A DNA stretch of 64,000 nt from contig CBDCJH010000002.1 of assembly GCA_965217775.1 (NCBI GenBank), positions 2,432,001 through 2,496,000 of the forward strand, given 5' to 3'. Below, piece after piece: positions 1 to 8,516 of this stretch (positions are counted from its first letter, which is position 1; each line of letters opens with the position of its first letter). The position numbers and the translations under genes are program-made. The stretch comes from Acidobacteriota bacterium (GTDB lineage Bacteria; Acidobacteriota; UBA6911; RPQK01; JAJDTT01). The notes beneath the pieces are model-generated. The model worked only from the letters and a program-made list of their open reading frames with translations, searched no databases and was not told the origin of the DNA.

Positions 1-990
1 GATGACCCGGCTGGCCTGCCGCGCGGTCTCGGCGTCGCGGGCCCCATGCACCCGGACGGTCAGCGCCGTGGCCAGCGCCTTTTGAGGCCGCCGCTCATGC
101 GGTGGAGCCGCCGCCAACGACTCGATCTCTGCGCTGGACAGATCCGTCAGCCAGCTCAGGAATCGCCCTACGTCGACGTCCGCAGAGTTCAGCCAGAACT
201 GGTAGAACTCGTAGGGACTCGTCAACTCCGGGTCGAGCCAGACGGCGCCCTTTTCCGACTTGCCGTATTTCTTCCCCTCCGAGTTGGTCAACAGCGGAAA
301 GGTGAGGCCGTAGACCGTCGCTCCCGCGGCACGCCGCACCAGATCGACGCCGGAAACGATATTCCCCCACTGATCCGAGGCCCCCATCTGGATCCGGCAG
401 CCATATTCTCGGTACAGGTGCAGAAAATCGTAGGACTGCAGGAGCTGGTAGGAGAATTCGGTGAAGGAGATCCCCTGTTCCCGGTTCTCGATCCGGGTGC
501 GCACCGAGTCGCGCGCCAGCATCTGATTGACCGAGAAGTTCTTGCCCACGTCGCGCAGAAAGGCGATGACGTGCATGTCCCGGTACCAGTCGGCGTTGTT
601 GACGAAGCTGGGCTCCGGCCCTTCGGTTCGGCCGAAAAACTCCGAGACCTGGCGCTTCAAACGCGCGATGCGCCGGTCGATCACCTCATGGGTCTCCAGC
701 GTGCGCTCCCGGTCCTTGCCCGAAGGGTCGCCGATGAGGCCCGTAGCCCCTCCCAGCAACACGATGATCTGACCGCCTCGGCGCTTGTAGCGGTCCATCC
801 CCAGAAGCGGGATGAGGCTGCCCGCGTGCAGGCTGCCGGCGCTGGGGTCGTAGCCGACGTACAGGGGCGGCAGCGATTTGGATAGAACCGGATCGGTCAG
901 CTCGACGGTCTTCTGTGAGACGAGACCTCGGGACTCGAGGTCGGCGAGGAACGGCGTCAGGTCGGTTCCGGAACGGAAGGAAGAGGTCAT
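1..990 (-). CDS. tyrS: Tyrosine--tRNA ligase (partial, runs off the window start)
   Basis: Own translation of the minus frame from ATG 990: YVGYDPSAGSLHAGSL, GGATGLIGDPSGK, ISFTEFSYQLLQSYDF, SDQWGNI, KKYGKSEKGAVWLD. The + strand ORF 46..885 is its antisense shadow. Confidence 0.95.
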   Translation of the reverse strand, partial: MTSSFRSGTDLTPFLADLESRGLVSQKTVELTDPVLSKSLPPLYVGYDPSAGSLHAGSLIPLLGMDRYKRRGGQIIVLLGGATGLIGDPSGKDRERTLETHEVIDRRIARLKRQVSEFFGRTEGPEPSFVNNADWYRDMHVIAFLRDVGKNFSVNQMLARDSVRTRIENREQGISFTEFSYQLLQSYDFLHLYREYGCRIQMGASDQWGNIVSGVDLVRRAAGATVYGLTFPLLTNSEGKKYGKSEKGAVWLDPELTSPYEFYQFWLNSADVDVGRFLSWLTDLSSAEIESLAAAPPHERRPQKALATALTVRVHGARDAETARQASRVI

Positions 991-1362
991 GGTCTGGCCG
1001 CGTCGATCATCCAGTTCAGGGCGTGCGCGCCGTTCCGGACAACGCCGGGCGACCACGGTCCATGGTGCACCGCACACGGCCGAAATTCGATACTCGGTCC
1101 GTCGTGCGGAAGATTGACCCAGGCCCCCATTCAAGTCAAGGGAAGACTGGGGGCGAGGAAAGAGAAAATGGGAAAGAAAAAAGAGAGAAGATGAGGCGTC
1201 GGGTCGACGGAAGGTGGTCGATCTCCGCAGGTTGAAACGCCCTCCTGCCGCGGGTTATGCTGACCGGGCCTCCCGGGTGGGTTCCCACCGGCGTGGAGGT
1301 TCCAACTGCCGGGGCAGAAGGTGACTGTCGCCCGGCCGCGCACGAATCCCAAGGAGCACTCA

Positions 1363-1821
1363 ATGAAAGCTGAACAACGACTTGAAGAATTGAACATCCA
1401 GCTTCCGGACGCACCCCAGCCGGTGGCCATCTATCGCCCGGCGGTCCAGGTCGGAAATCTGTTGTTCGTCTCCGGTCACGGTCCCAATCGGGCCGATGGA
1501 ACCCAGATCACCGGAAGGGTGGGAGTCGAACTGACCGCCGAGGAAGCCAAGGAGGCGGCGCGGGTCACCGGCCTGGCGATCCTCAGCACCGTTCGGAACA
1601 CGTTGGGCTCCCTGGACCGGGTGATCCGGGTGGTGAAGGTTCTGGGAATGGTCAACGCCACACCCGACTTCACGGAGCAGCCGCAGGTCATCAACGGATT
1701 CAGCGAACTCATGATGGAGGTCTTTGGCGACCCGGGCAAAGGCGCGCGCAGCGCCGTGGGGATGGGCTCCCTCCCCGGAAACATCCCCGTTGAGGTGGAG
1801 GCCATTTTCGAGGTCGAGTGA
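1363..1821 (+). CDS. RidA/YjgF/Rid-family protein
   Basis: LFVSGHGP, VVKVLGMVNATPDFTEQPQVINGFSEL, ARSAVGMGSLP; AAGGAG RBS before ATG 1363. Confidence 0.9.
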   Translation: MKAEQRLEELNIQLPDAPQPVAIYRPAVQVGNLLFVSGHGPNRADGTQITGRVGVELTAEEAKEAARVTGLAILSTVRNTLGSLDRVIRVVKVLGMVNATPDFTEQPQVINGFSELMMEVFGDPGKGARSAVGMGSLPGNIPVEVEAIFEVE

Positions 1822-1890
1822 TTCGGGACCAAGCGCAAACCACGCCGCATCCCAGAGGATAGGCGCCGCCACTGGCTCGACCGGGCGGTC

Positions 1891-2775
1891 TCAGGGGTCG
1901 GCGACGACCTGCCCGTAGTTGATGGTGGTGTCGATAATTCCGATTTCGACCCGCCGATTCTTGGCCCGGGCCTCGGGCGTGGCCCCCGGCAACAGCGGGT
2001 TGGCCTTGCCGTGGCCCTTGGTGCTCACGATGCCGGGATCGATGCCGGCGTCCACGAGATAGTCTTGAACCGCCTTGGCTCGCCGCTCAGACAGCCTCTG
2101 GTTGTATTCGCTGCTACCGATGTCGTCGGTGTGCCCGTGAATCTGGACCCGGTATCCCGTGGAGGTCAGGAGAACACCGGCGATCCGGCTGAGCAGCTCC
2201 CGGTTCTCGGGACGCAGCGTCGCTTTGTCGAAGTCGAACTCGACGGCGTCGCTGCCCAGGTTCATCACCACGCCCAGAGCCGTCCGGCGGGTTTCGACGA
2301 TCCCGCTCAAGACTTCGTGCAGACGATTCAGCTCGCGTTCCCGTTCCGCGCGAATCCGCTCTGACTCTTCCCGGGCGGCGCGGGCATCCTCTTGGGCGAC
2401 GTGAGCCTCTTTCTTGGCGGCTTCCGCCTGCCGTCGAGCATCAGCCCGGTCTCGTTCGGCTTGGCGCCGGGCCGAGTCGGCCGCGTCCTTTCCGCGGGCT
2501 GCTTCCAGGGCAATGTGCTTCGCCTCCTGGGCCCGGTCGATGGCTTGGCCAGTCCGCTTCTCTACCTGTTCCAGGCGCTGGAGCACCGTCTGCAAAGTCT
2601 CGTTCGCCTCGGTGGTCTGCCGTTCCAGGGCGTTCAACTGATTACAACCCCGGTAGATGAAGATGCCGGCCATCAGAGCCAATATCAGGATGGCGCCGAT
2701 CGCCATCTGGGCCGGCGAAGCTCGTCCGTTTGTGCTTCCGGTGGAAACCTCGAAGTTCGGTTTTCGTCGAGCCAT
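1891..2775 (-). CDS. OmpA-family protein with N-terminal TM helix and coiled coil
   Basis: FDFDKATL, GHTDDIGSSEYNQRLSERRA, NRRVEI. Confidence 0.9.
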   Translation of the reverse strand: MARRKPNFEVSTGSTNGRASPAQMAIGAILILALMAGIFIYRGCNQLNALERQTTEANETLQTVLQRLEQVEKRTGQAIDRAQEAKHIALEAARGKDAADSARRQAERDRADARRQAEAAKKEAHVAQEDARAAREESERIRAERERELNRLHEVLSGIVETRRTALGVVMNLGSDAVEFDFDKATLRPENRELLSRIAGVLLTSTGYRVQIHGHTDDIGSSEYNQRLSERRAKAVQDYLVDAGIDPGIVSTKGHGKANPLLPGATPEARAKNRRVEIGIIDTTINYGQVVADP

Positions 2776-2904
2776 TGGAATTTTAGTTTAACAAACATTT
2801 TCGCCTGGACACGCTTCGGAGTTCGGCGGCTGGAGAGAGGACTTTCCGGTCGCCCACTCCCTGCCGCGTCCTGTTGCTCGTCGCTTTATTGCAGCACTGG
2901 AGAT

Positions 2905-2984
2905 CGGCGGCAAGAAAGCCGCCGGTCCCAATCGGCGACAAGAAAGTCGCCGCTCCCGTTCGGCGACAAGAAAGTCGCCGCTCC
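2905..2984. repeat. REP-like palindrome array, 3 units of 28 bp (CGGCGRCAAGAAAGYCGCCGSTCC)
   Basis: Three tandem hairpin units in the intergenic region; same family at 33512-33652, 35343-35413 and 43786-43813. Confidence 0.85.
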
Positions 2985-3029
2985 TGATCTTGCCCTTGCT
3001 CCCACGGATTAGTAGGCTTCACTCCTCAT

Positions 3030-3371
3030 ATGGACACGGCGGACACTCGATCCACGCCCGAAGACCGCTACGACCCGGTGTTTCTCCACTCCCGGCGGGA
3101 GGCCATCCTCATCGCCGGGGCGTGGGCGCTGGGCCTGGTGTGGGCCGTCCCCTACTGCTATCTGAACGGCTACGGTCTGCCGCCGGGAGAGGTCGAAACC
3201 ACGCTCGGCGTTCCCACCTGGCTCCTCTGGGGCATCCTGGTCCCCTGGATCGCCGCTGACCTGTTCACGGCCTGGTTCTGCTTCTTCTACTTTGTCGAAG
3301 ACGACCTGGGGGAGGAGCGGGCCGAGGCTGAGGGCGCGAACGGGCGAATTCGGACCGAGGCGGCGTCTTGA
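3030..3371 (+). CDS. DUF997 (YhdT-like) small membrane protein
   Basis: Two TM segments, 'HSRREA', 'GVPTW', 'EDDLGEE'; overlaps the downstream SSS symporter as in yhdT-panF. Confidence 0.8.
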   Translation: MDTADTRSTPEDRYDPVFLHSRREAILIAGAWALGLVWAVPYCYLNGYGLPPGEVETTLGVPTWLLWGILVPWIAADLFTAWFCFFYFVEDDLGEERAEAEGANGRIRTEAAS

Positions 3372-5311
3372 CCGACCTGGTGCCCTCCCCCTCCTACGGA
3401 TCGAACGCGGCCCTGGTCACCTTCCTCATCTACACCTTGGGCGTCCTGTTCCTGGCCTGGATGTCCAACCGTCTGCGCAAGACCAAGAGCTTCCTCTCCG
3501 AGTACTTCCTGGGGAGCCGGAGTCTGGGGGTCTGGGCCTTCGCCCTCACCTTCGCCGCCACCAGCGCGTCCGGAGGGAGCTTCACCGGCTTCCCCTCCAA
3601 GATCTACACCCACGGCTGGATCCTGGGGCTCTGGATCGGCAGCTACATCGTGGTGCCCATCTGCGGGATGGGCTTGTTGGGAAAACGGATCAATCAGATC
3701 GCCCGCCGGACGGGGGCCATCACCGTCCCGGACGTTCTTCGCGACCGGTTCGAGAGCGCGGGATTCGGACTGCTGTGCACCGTCATGATCATCTTCTTCA
3801 TGTCGGTGAATCTGGTCGCCCAGTTCAAGTCGGGCAGCCTGATCCTCAAGACCCTTCTCCTGGACGTCCCCTTCTTCCGCAGCTCGGTGCTGAGCGTCGC
3901 CGAGGTATCCCAGGGACTGAGCTTGACCGAGGGGGTCGACCCGGCCTACCTGCTCTGCCTGCTGACTTTCGCCGTGGCCGTGATCCTCTACACCACCTAC
4001 GGCGGCTTTCATGCGGTGGTGTGGACCGACGTGATGCAGGGCGTGGTCATGGTGACGGGCGTGGTCATCATGCTCCCGCTGGCTCTCATTGCCGTGGGCG
4101 GCCTGGATTCGGCGACCCAGCGTCTGGGCCGCATGGTCCCGCCCCGCTTGGGCGTCACCGACCTGGAGCTGTCCGCACCCAGCCCGGAGGACACCATCAT
4201 CCGTTCGGGAGTCTGGTTGACGGCGTCCGATGAGAAAGGCGAGCCGCGCCTCCTGCGAATCAGCCAGGAAGCGGTGATCCCCCGGGGATCCACCCAGATA
4301 CGGGAGATCCAGGCAGTGGAGATCACGTCGGAGGAAGAAGCGGCGAGTATCCGAGAGCAACTGGCGGCAGGGACTCTTCCGTCAGCCCCGCCGTCCGTCA
4401 GCGCCACGCGGATCGCCACCGAACCCTACCGCTCCGGCGCCGACAGTCCCGGCGTATACGTCAGCGGGCCCGGTCCGGACCGCTACAGCGACCTGGGGTT
4501 CCTCCCTCTGAGCCTGGCCTTCTCCTTCTTCTTCATGTGGGCCATCTCGGGAACGGGCCAGCCCAGCACCATGGTCCGCCTGATGGCCTTCAAGGGCTCC
4601 GGCACCTTGAAGCGATCCATCTTCACCGTGGCCATCTACTATTCCCTGATCTACTTCCCGCTGGTGATCATCTTCTGTTGCGCCCGCATCTTCCTGCCCG
4701 GCATGGAGCTGGAGTCGGACCGGATCATGCCGGCGACCGCCGTCTTCCTCAGCAGCTTCGCCGGCGCACCCTGGATGGCGGGGATCCTGGTGGCGGCTCC
4801 TTTCGCCGCCGTCATGTCCACGGTGGACAGCTTCCTGCTGGTCATCTCCTCCGCCCTGGTTCGGGACATCTACCAGCGCAACATCAACCCCCAGGCGCCG
4901 GAGCGCACCATCAAGAGGATGAGCTACGTCTTTACCTTCGTGGTCGGCTTCGCGGCGGTGATCGGAGCGGTGAACCCGCCCCAGTTCCTGCAGGACATCA
5001 TCGTTTACACGGGGAGCGGGCTCGCCTCCTGTTTCCTGGCCCCCGTCATCTTGGGACTCTACTGGCCGCGAATCAACACCTGGGGAGCCATGTCGGGCAT
5101 GTTGGGCGGCTTCCTGTTTCACCTGTCGCTCTACGGAGCCGGCTATCTCGCCTACGGGCGTTTCTCCTCCTACCGGCTCCTGGGGATCGATCCGGTGATC
5201 TGGGGCCTGGCGATTTCCTTCTTCCTGGTGATTGCGGTCAGCAAGGCGACGCCACCGCCGCCCCGCCATCTGGTCCGGAGGTACTTTTTCAAGCAAAAGC
5301 CGGGAGCTTGA
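3368..5311 (+). CDS. Sodium:solute symporter (PanF-like)
   Basis: EYFLGSRSLG, ATSASGGSFTGFP, YTTYGGFHAVVWTDVMQG, AAVMSTVDSFLL. Confidence 0.9.
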   Translation: MTDLVPSPSYGSNAALVTFLIYTLGVLFLAWMSNRLRKTKSFLSEYFLGSRSLGVWAFALTFAATSASGGSFTGFPSKIYTHGWILGLWIGSYIVVPICGMGLLGKRINQIARRTGAITVPDVLRDRFESAGFGLLCTVMIIFFMSVNLVAQFKSGSLILKTLLLDVPFFRSSVLSVAEVSQGLSLTEGVDPAYLLCLLTFAVAVILYTTYGGFHAVVWTDVMQGVVMVTGVVIMLPLALIAVGGLDSATQRLGRMVPPRLGVTDLELSAPSPEDTIIRSGVWLTASDEKGEPRLLRISQEAVIPRGSTQIREIQAVEITSEEEAASIREQLAAGTLPSAPPSVSATRIATEPYRSGADSPGVYVSGPGPDRYSDLGFLPLSLAFSFFFMWAISGTGQPSTMVRLMAFKGSGTLKRSIFTVAIYYSLIYFPLVIIFCCARIFLPGMELESDRIMPATAVFLSSFAGAPWMAGILVAAPFAAVMSTVDSFLLVISSALVRDIYQRNINPQAPERTIKRMSYVFTFVVGFAAVIGAVNPPQFLQDIIVYTGSGLASCFLAPVILGLYWPRINTWGAMSGMLGGFLFHLSLYGAGYLAYGRFSSYRLLGIDPVIWGLAISFFLVIAVSKATPPPPRHLVRRYFFKQKPGA

Positions 5312-5349
5312 CGGCGATCCCGCGCCGGCCCCTTTCGGTGCCGGCCAAC

Positions 5350-6396
5350 ATGAAGACCATGTGGAAATACCATCGATTCCTTCCGGTTCGCGACACCCGG
5401 CACGTCCTCACACTGGGCGAGGGCGCCACGCCCCTGGTCCAACTGGACGACGGACCGTTCCTGAAAATGGAGCAGCTCAATCCCTCTGGCTCCTACAAGG
5501 ATCGATTCGCCAGTTGCGCCGTCTCCTGGATGCGGGAGCAAGGGCTCGGCTCTTGTCTGGCCACCTCCTCGGGCAATACCGGCTCGGCCCTGGCCGCCTA
5601 CTGCGCCCGAGCCGGCATCCCCTGCCACATCTTTCTGGTGGAGACCACACCGGCGGGGAAGGCGGTTCAGATGCTGGCCTACGGGGCGGTCCTGAAACGG
5701 GTCCGGGGATTCGGGCTGGACCCGGCGGCCAGCCGCGACGTGATGGAACGGCTGCAGCGGGAGGCGACGGCGAGAAGCGCCGCGCTCCAGATCTCCGCCT
5801 TCAGCTTCAGCCCCGAGGGGATGGACGGGGTCAAGAGCATCGCCTACGAGATCGCCGACGAGTTGGGCGACGCCGACGACGTCTTCGTTCCCATCGGGGG
5901 AGGGGGCCTGCTGACGGCCATCGCCCGAGGATTCTCCGACTACTTCCGGGAGGGAAGGATCTCCCGCCTGCCCCGAATTCACGCCGTGCAGCCCCGAGGC
6001 TGCGCCACCGTCACCGGCCCCCTGGACCGGGGGGAATTCCAAGCGGTGGAAGTGGAATGCACCTCGGTCATCTCCGGTCTTCAGGTCCCTAACGTCATCG
6101 ACGCCCAGTTGGCTCTGGACACCGTCCTGGAGACGGGCGGCAGTGGACAGTCGGTGAGCGACCAGGAGGTCTTCTCGGCTCAGGAAGTGCTGTTCAGCCG
6201 AGGCGTTTACTGCGAGCCCGCCGGAGCCACCGCCTACGCCGGCTACTTGAAAGCCCGATCGGCGGGTTTGGCGCCGTCCGCCAGCCGCGCCGTCTGCATC
6301 GTGACGGGTCACGGTTTCAAGGACCTGGGATCGGTGGAACGCGCAGTCAGCTCCCGGTCCATCCCCATGGTGGAGCTGGACCGACTCCTGGATTGA
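5350..6396 (+). CDS. Threonine synthase-like PLP-dependent enzyme (fold type II)
   Basis: LGEGATPL, KMEQLNPSGSYKDR, SSGNTGSALAAY, VPIGGGGL, EPAGA, TGHGFKD; start uncertain (TTG 5308 also in frame). Confidence 0.88.
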   Translation: MKTMWKYHRFLPVRDTRHVLTLGEGATPLVQLDDGPFLKMEQLNPSGSYKDRFASCAVSWMREQGLGSCLATSSGNTGSALAAYCARAGIPCHIFLVETTPAGKAVQMLAYGAVLKRVRGFGLDPAASRDVMERLQREATARSAALQISAFSFSPEGMDGVKSIAYEIADELGDADDVFVPIGGGGLLTAIARGFSDYFREGRISRLPRIHAVQPRGCATVTGPLDRGEFQAVEVECTSVISGLQVPNVIDAQLALDTVLETGGSGQSVSDQEVFSAQEVLFSRGVYCEPAGATAYAGYLKARSAGLAPSASRAVCIVTGHGFKDLGSVERAVSSRSIPMVELDRLLD

Positions 6397-6403
6397 GGTC
6401 GCC

Positions 6404-8257
6404 ATGGCCCTGAGGATCGATCGCAACGTCATGGTCACGACGCGGGACGGAGTCCACCTGGGAACCGACGTCTACCGGCCTGCCGATGCCTCGGGGCCCT
6501 TGCCGGCCCTTCTGGAACGGACTCCCTACGGCAAGCAGGACCTGGAGCGGATGCTGCGGGCCGAGCGCTACGCCGAGCATGGCTATGCCGTGGTGGTCCA
6601 GGACTGCCGGGGCTGCCATTCCTCCGAGGGAGACCTGGTCTTCCTGGTCAACGAACCCTTCGACGGCTACGACGCCGTGGAGTGGACGGCCCGGCAGGAA
6701 TGGTGCGACGGGAAGGTGGGAACCTACGGGACCTCTTACGTGGCCTGGACCCAGAGCACGCTGGCCACGCAGAACCCCCCTCATCTAGCTTGCATGATCC
6801 CCACCATGGGCGGTTGGAACGCCTATACCAGCTCGGTTCGCCAGGGCGGGGCCTACGAGCTCCGCTTTCTGGCTTGGGCCTTCTGGCACTCCGTGAATCA
6901 CGGGAACACCGAAACCAGGGCTCTCCCCTGGTTGCAGGAGGGGCTGTCGTCGGGTCCCGATTTTCGACATTGGCTCCGGCGGCTGCCGCTGCGCCGGGGT
7001 CAGAGTCAGCTCTCGCTGCTACCGGGATACGAACGGTGGGCCCTGGAACTGGTCCGGCACGGGGATTACGACGAGTTCTGGAAACAACCCGGGTTCGCCA
7101 TCGAGGAGTTCCTGGAGCAGCACTCGGACGTCCCCATCCTCCTGATCGGAGGCTGGTACGACTCCTACACCCGCGCCACGCTGGAGGCCTTCCAGGCCCT
7201 GAGGCGGGCCAAGAAGGGACCGGTGAAGGTCGTCATGGGTCCCTGGGTGCACGGCACCTACACCACCGAGGAGCAGATCTCCGGTGACGTAGACTTGGGC
7301 CTTGAAGCGCCTCTGGAGAGTCTGGACCGCCTCCACCTGGACTGGTTCGATCAGTGGCTCAAAGGCCGGGAGACGGACGCGGCCCGCATGCCGGCCATCC
7401 GGTGGTTCCTCATGGGAGGCGGCAGCGGGCACAGGACCCGACTGGGCAATCTGGACCACGGCGGGTGCTGGCGCGAGGGAGACGGCTGGCCGTTGCCGCA
7501 GGCGGAACCCACGGCCTACTATCTCCAACCGGACCGGACCCTGTCGCCCCGCCCCTCGGACCGGAAGGAATCCTCCACCAGCTATCTCTACGATCCGCGA
7601 CGGCCGGTCCCCACCATCGGCGGGAATTTCTCCTCACTGAGCTATGTACATCCCTGGCCCGAGGGAGTCCGGCCGGAATCGGTCCCCACGCCCACCATGA
7701 TCGAGGCCGTGACTCCGGCCGGGGGGTTCGACCAGACCGAGGGCCCGGACTTCTTCGGGTGTACGCCACCCTATCTGCCGTTGGGCTCCCGTCCCGACGT
7801 CCTGGTGTTCGAGACGCCTCCGCTGGAGCAGGACCTGGAGATCGCGGGTCCCGTGGAGGTCAAGCTCTGGGTTTCCTCCTCCGCGCGGGATACCGACTTC
7901 ACCGCCAAGCTCATCGACGTCTATCCATCCAGCCCGGAGTACCCGTTGGGTTACGCGTTGAACCTGAGCGACAGCATTCTCAGGGTCCGCTACCGCGAAA
8001 GCCGCGGCAGGGCCCGGTTCCTGGAGCCGGACGAAGTGGCGTCCATCACCATCGTCCTCTACCCCACGGCCAACCGCTTCCGGAAAGGACACCGGATTCG
8101 CCTGGACGTCTCCTCCAGCAACTTCCCGCGATTCGACGTGAATCCCAACACGGGGGAGCCGCTGGGCCGGGAACGGAGCTGGGCCATCGCCCACAACACC
8201 GTGTTCCACGACCGGAGCCGGCCGTCACACGTCACGCTGCCCCTGGTCGCCCGGTGA
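6404..8257 (+). CDS. CocE/NonD family hydrolase
   Basis: RTPYGK, GTSY nucleophile motif, GWYD, GPWVH, C-terminal 'IRLDVSSSNFPRFDVNPNTG'. Confidence 0.92.
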   Translation: MALRIDRNVMVTTRDGVHLGTDVYRPADASGPLPALLERTPYGKQDLERMLRAERYAEHGYAVVVQDCRGCHSSEGDLVFLVNEPFDGYDAVEWTARQEWCDGKVGTYGTSYVAWTQSTLATQNPPHLACMIPTMGGWNAYTSSVRQGGAYELRFLAWAFWHSVNHGNTETRALPWLQEGLSSGPDFRHWLRRLPLRRGQSQLSLLPGYERWALELVRHGDYDEFWKQPGFAIEEFLEQHSDVPILLIGGWYDSYTRATLEAFQALRRAKKGPVKVVMGPWVHGTYTTEEQISGDVDLGLEAPLESLDRLHLDWFDQWLKGRETDAARMPAIRWFLMGGGSGHRTRLGNLDHGGCWREGDGWPLPQAEPTAYYLQPDRTLSPRPSDRKESSTSYLYDPRRPVPTIGGNFSSLSYVHPWPEGVRPESVPTPTMIEAVTPAGGFDQTEGPDFFGCTPPYLPLGSRPDVLVFETPPLEQDLEIAGPVEVKLWVSSSARDTDFTAKLIDVYPSSPEYPLGYALNLSDSILRVRYRESRGRARFLEPDEVASITIVLYPTANRFRKGHRIRLDVSSSNFPRFDVNPNTGEPLGRERSWAIAHNTVFHDRSRPSHVTLPLVAR

Positions 8258-8282
8258 CGGCTTCCCGGCTACCGGCCTATAT

Positions 8283-8440
8283 CAGCCCGTGGCAAAAGTC
8301 GTCACGGCATTCGACCGTCCCTGCATCCCGGCGGACTGCGTTGCGATTCGGGCACATACTCCCGGTATGCACCCGAATCGCGCCTTGTCCGGCGGGCGCA
8401 GGAACGGTCTCGGTGCTCGCGCGACTTTCACCACGGACTG
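8283..8440 (+). mobile_element. 158-bp palindromic MITE, copy 1 (TSD ATAT)
   Basis: Imperfect TIRs CAGCCCGTGGCAAAAGTCG...CGACTTTCACCACGGACTG, ATAT on both sides; six further copies in the window. Confidence 0.92.
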
Positions 8441-8516
8441 ATATGAGTTTTGAAGACACCTCCCATTCCGTTGATAATGAGCGTCACGTAAACCATTTCG
8501 TCGCAGGAGGTCGGGT

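Noticed and set aside
46-885. Long + strand ORF (also 40053..42011, 43901..45679, 21687..23342 and similar)
   Set aside because: Antisense shadows of real genes, expected in high-GC DNA; no recognisable motifs.
991-1360. T-box, riboswitch or tRNA upstream of tyrS
   Set aside because: No T-box consensus or cloverleaf recognisable; only a purine-rich tract and GC hairpins.
4537-5349. N-terminal half of the 619-aa ORF
   Set aside because: Overlaps the symporter in another frame; PLP-enzyme similarity starts only near 5350.
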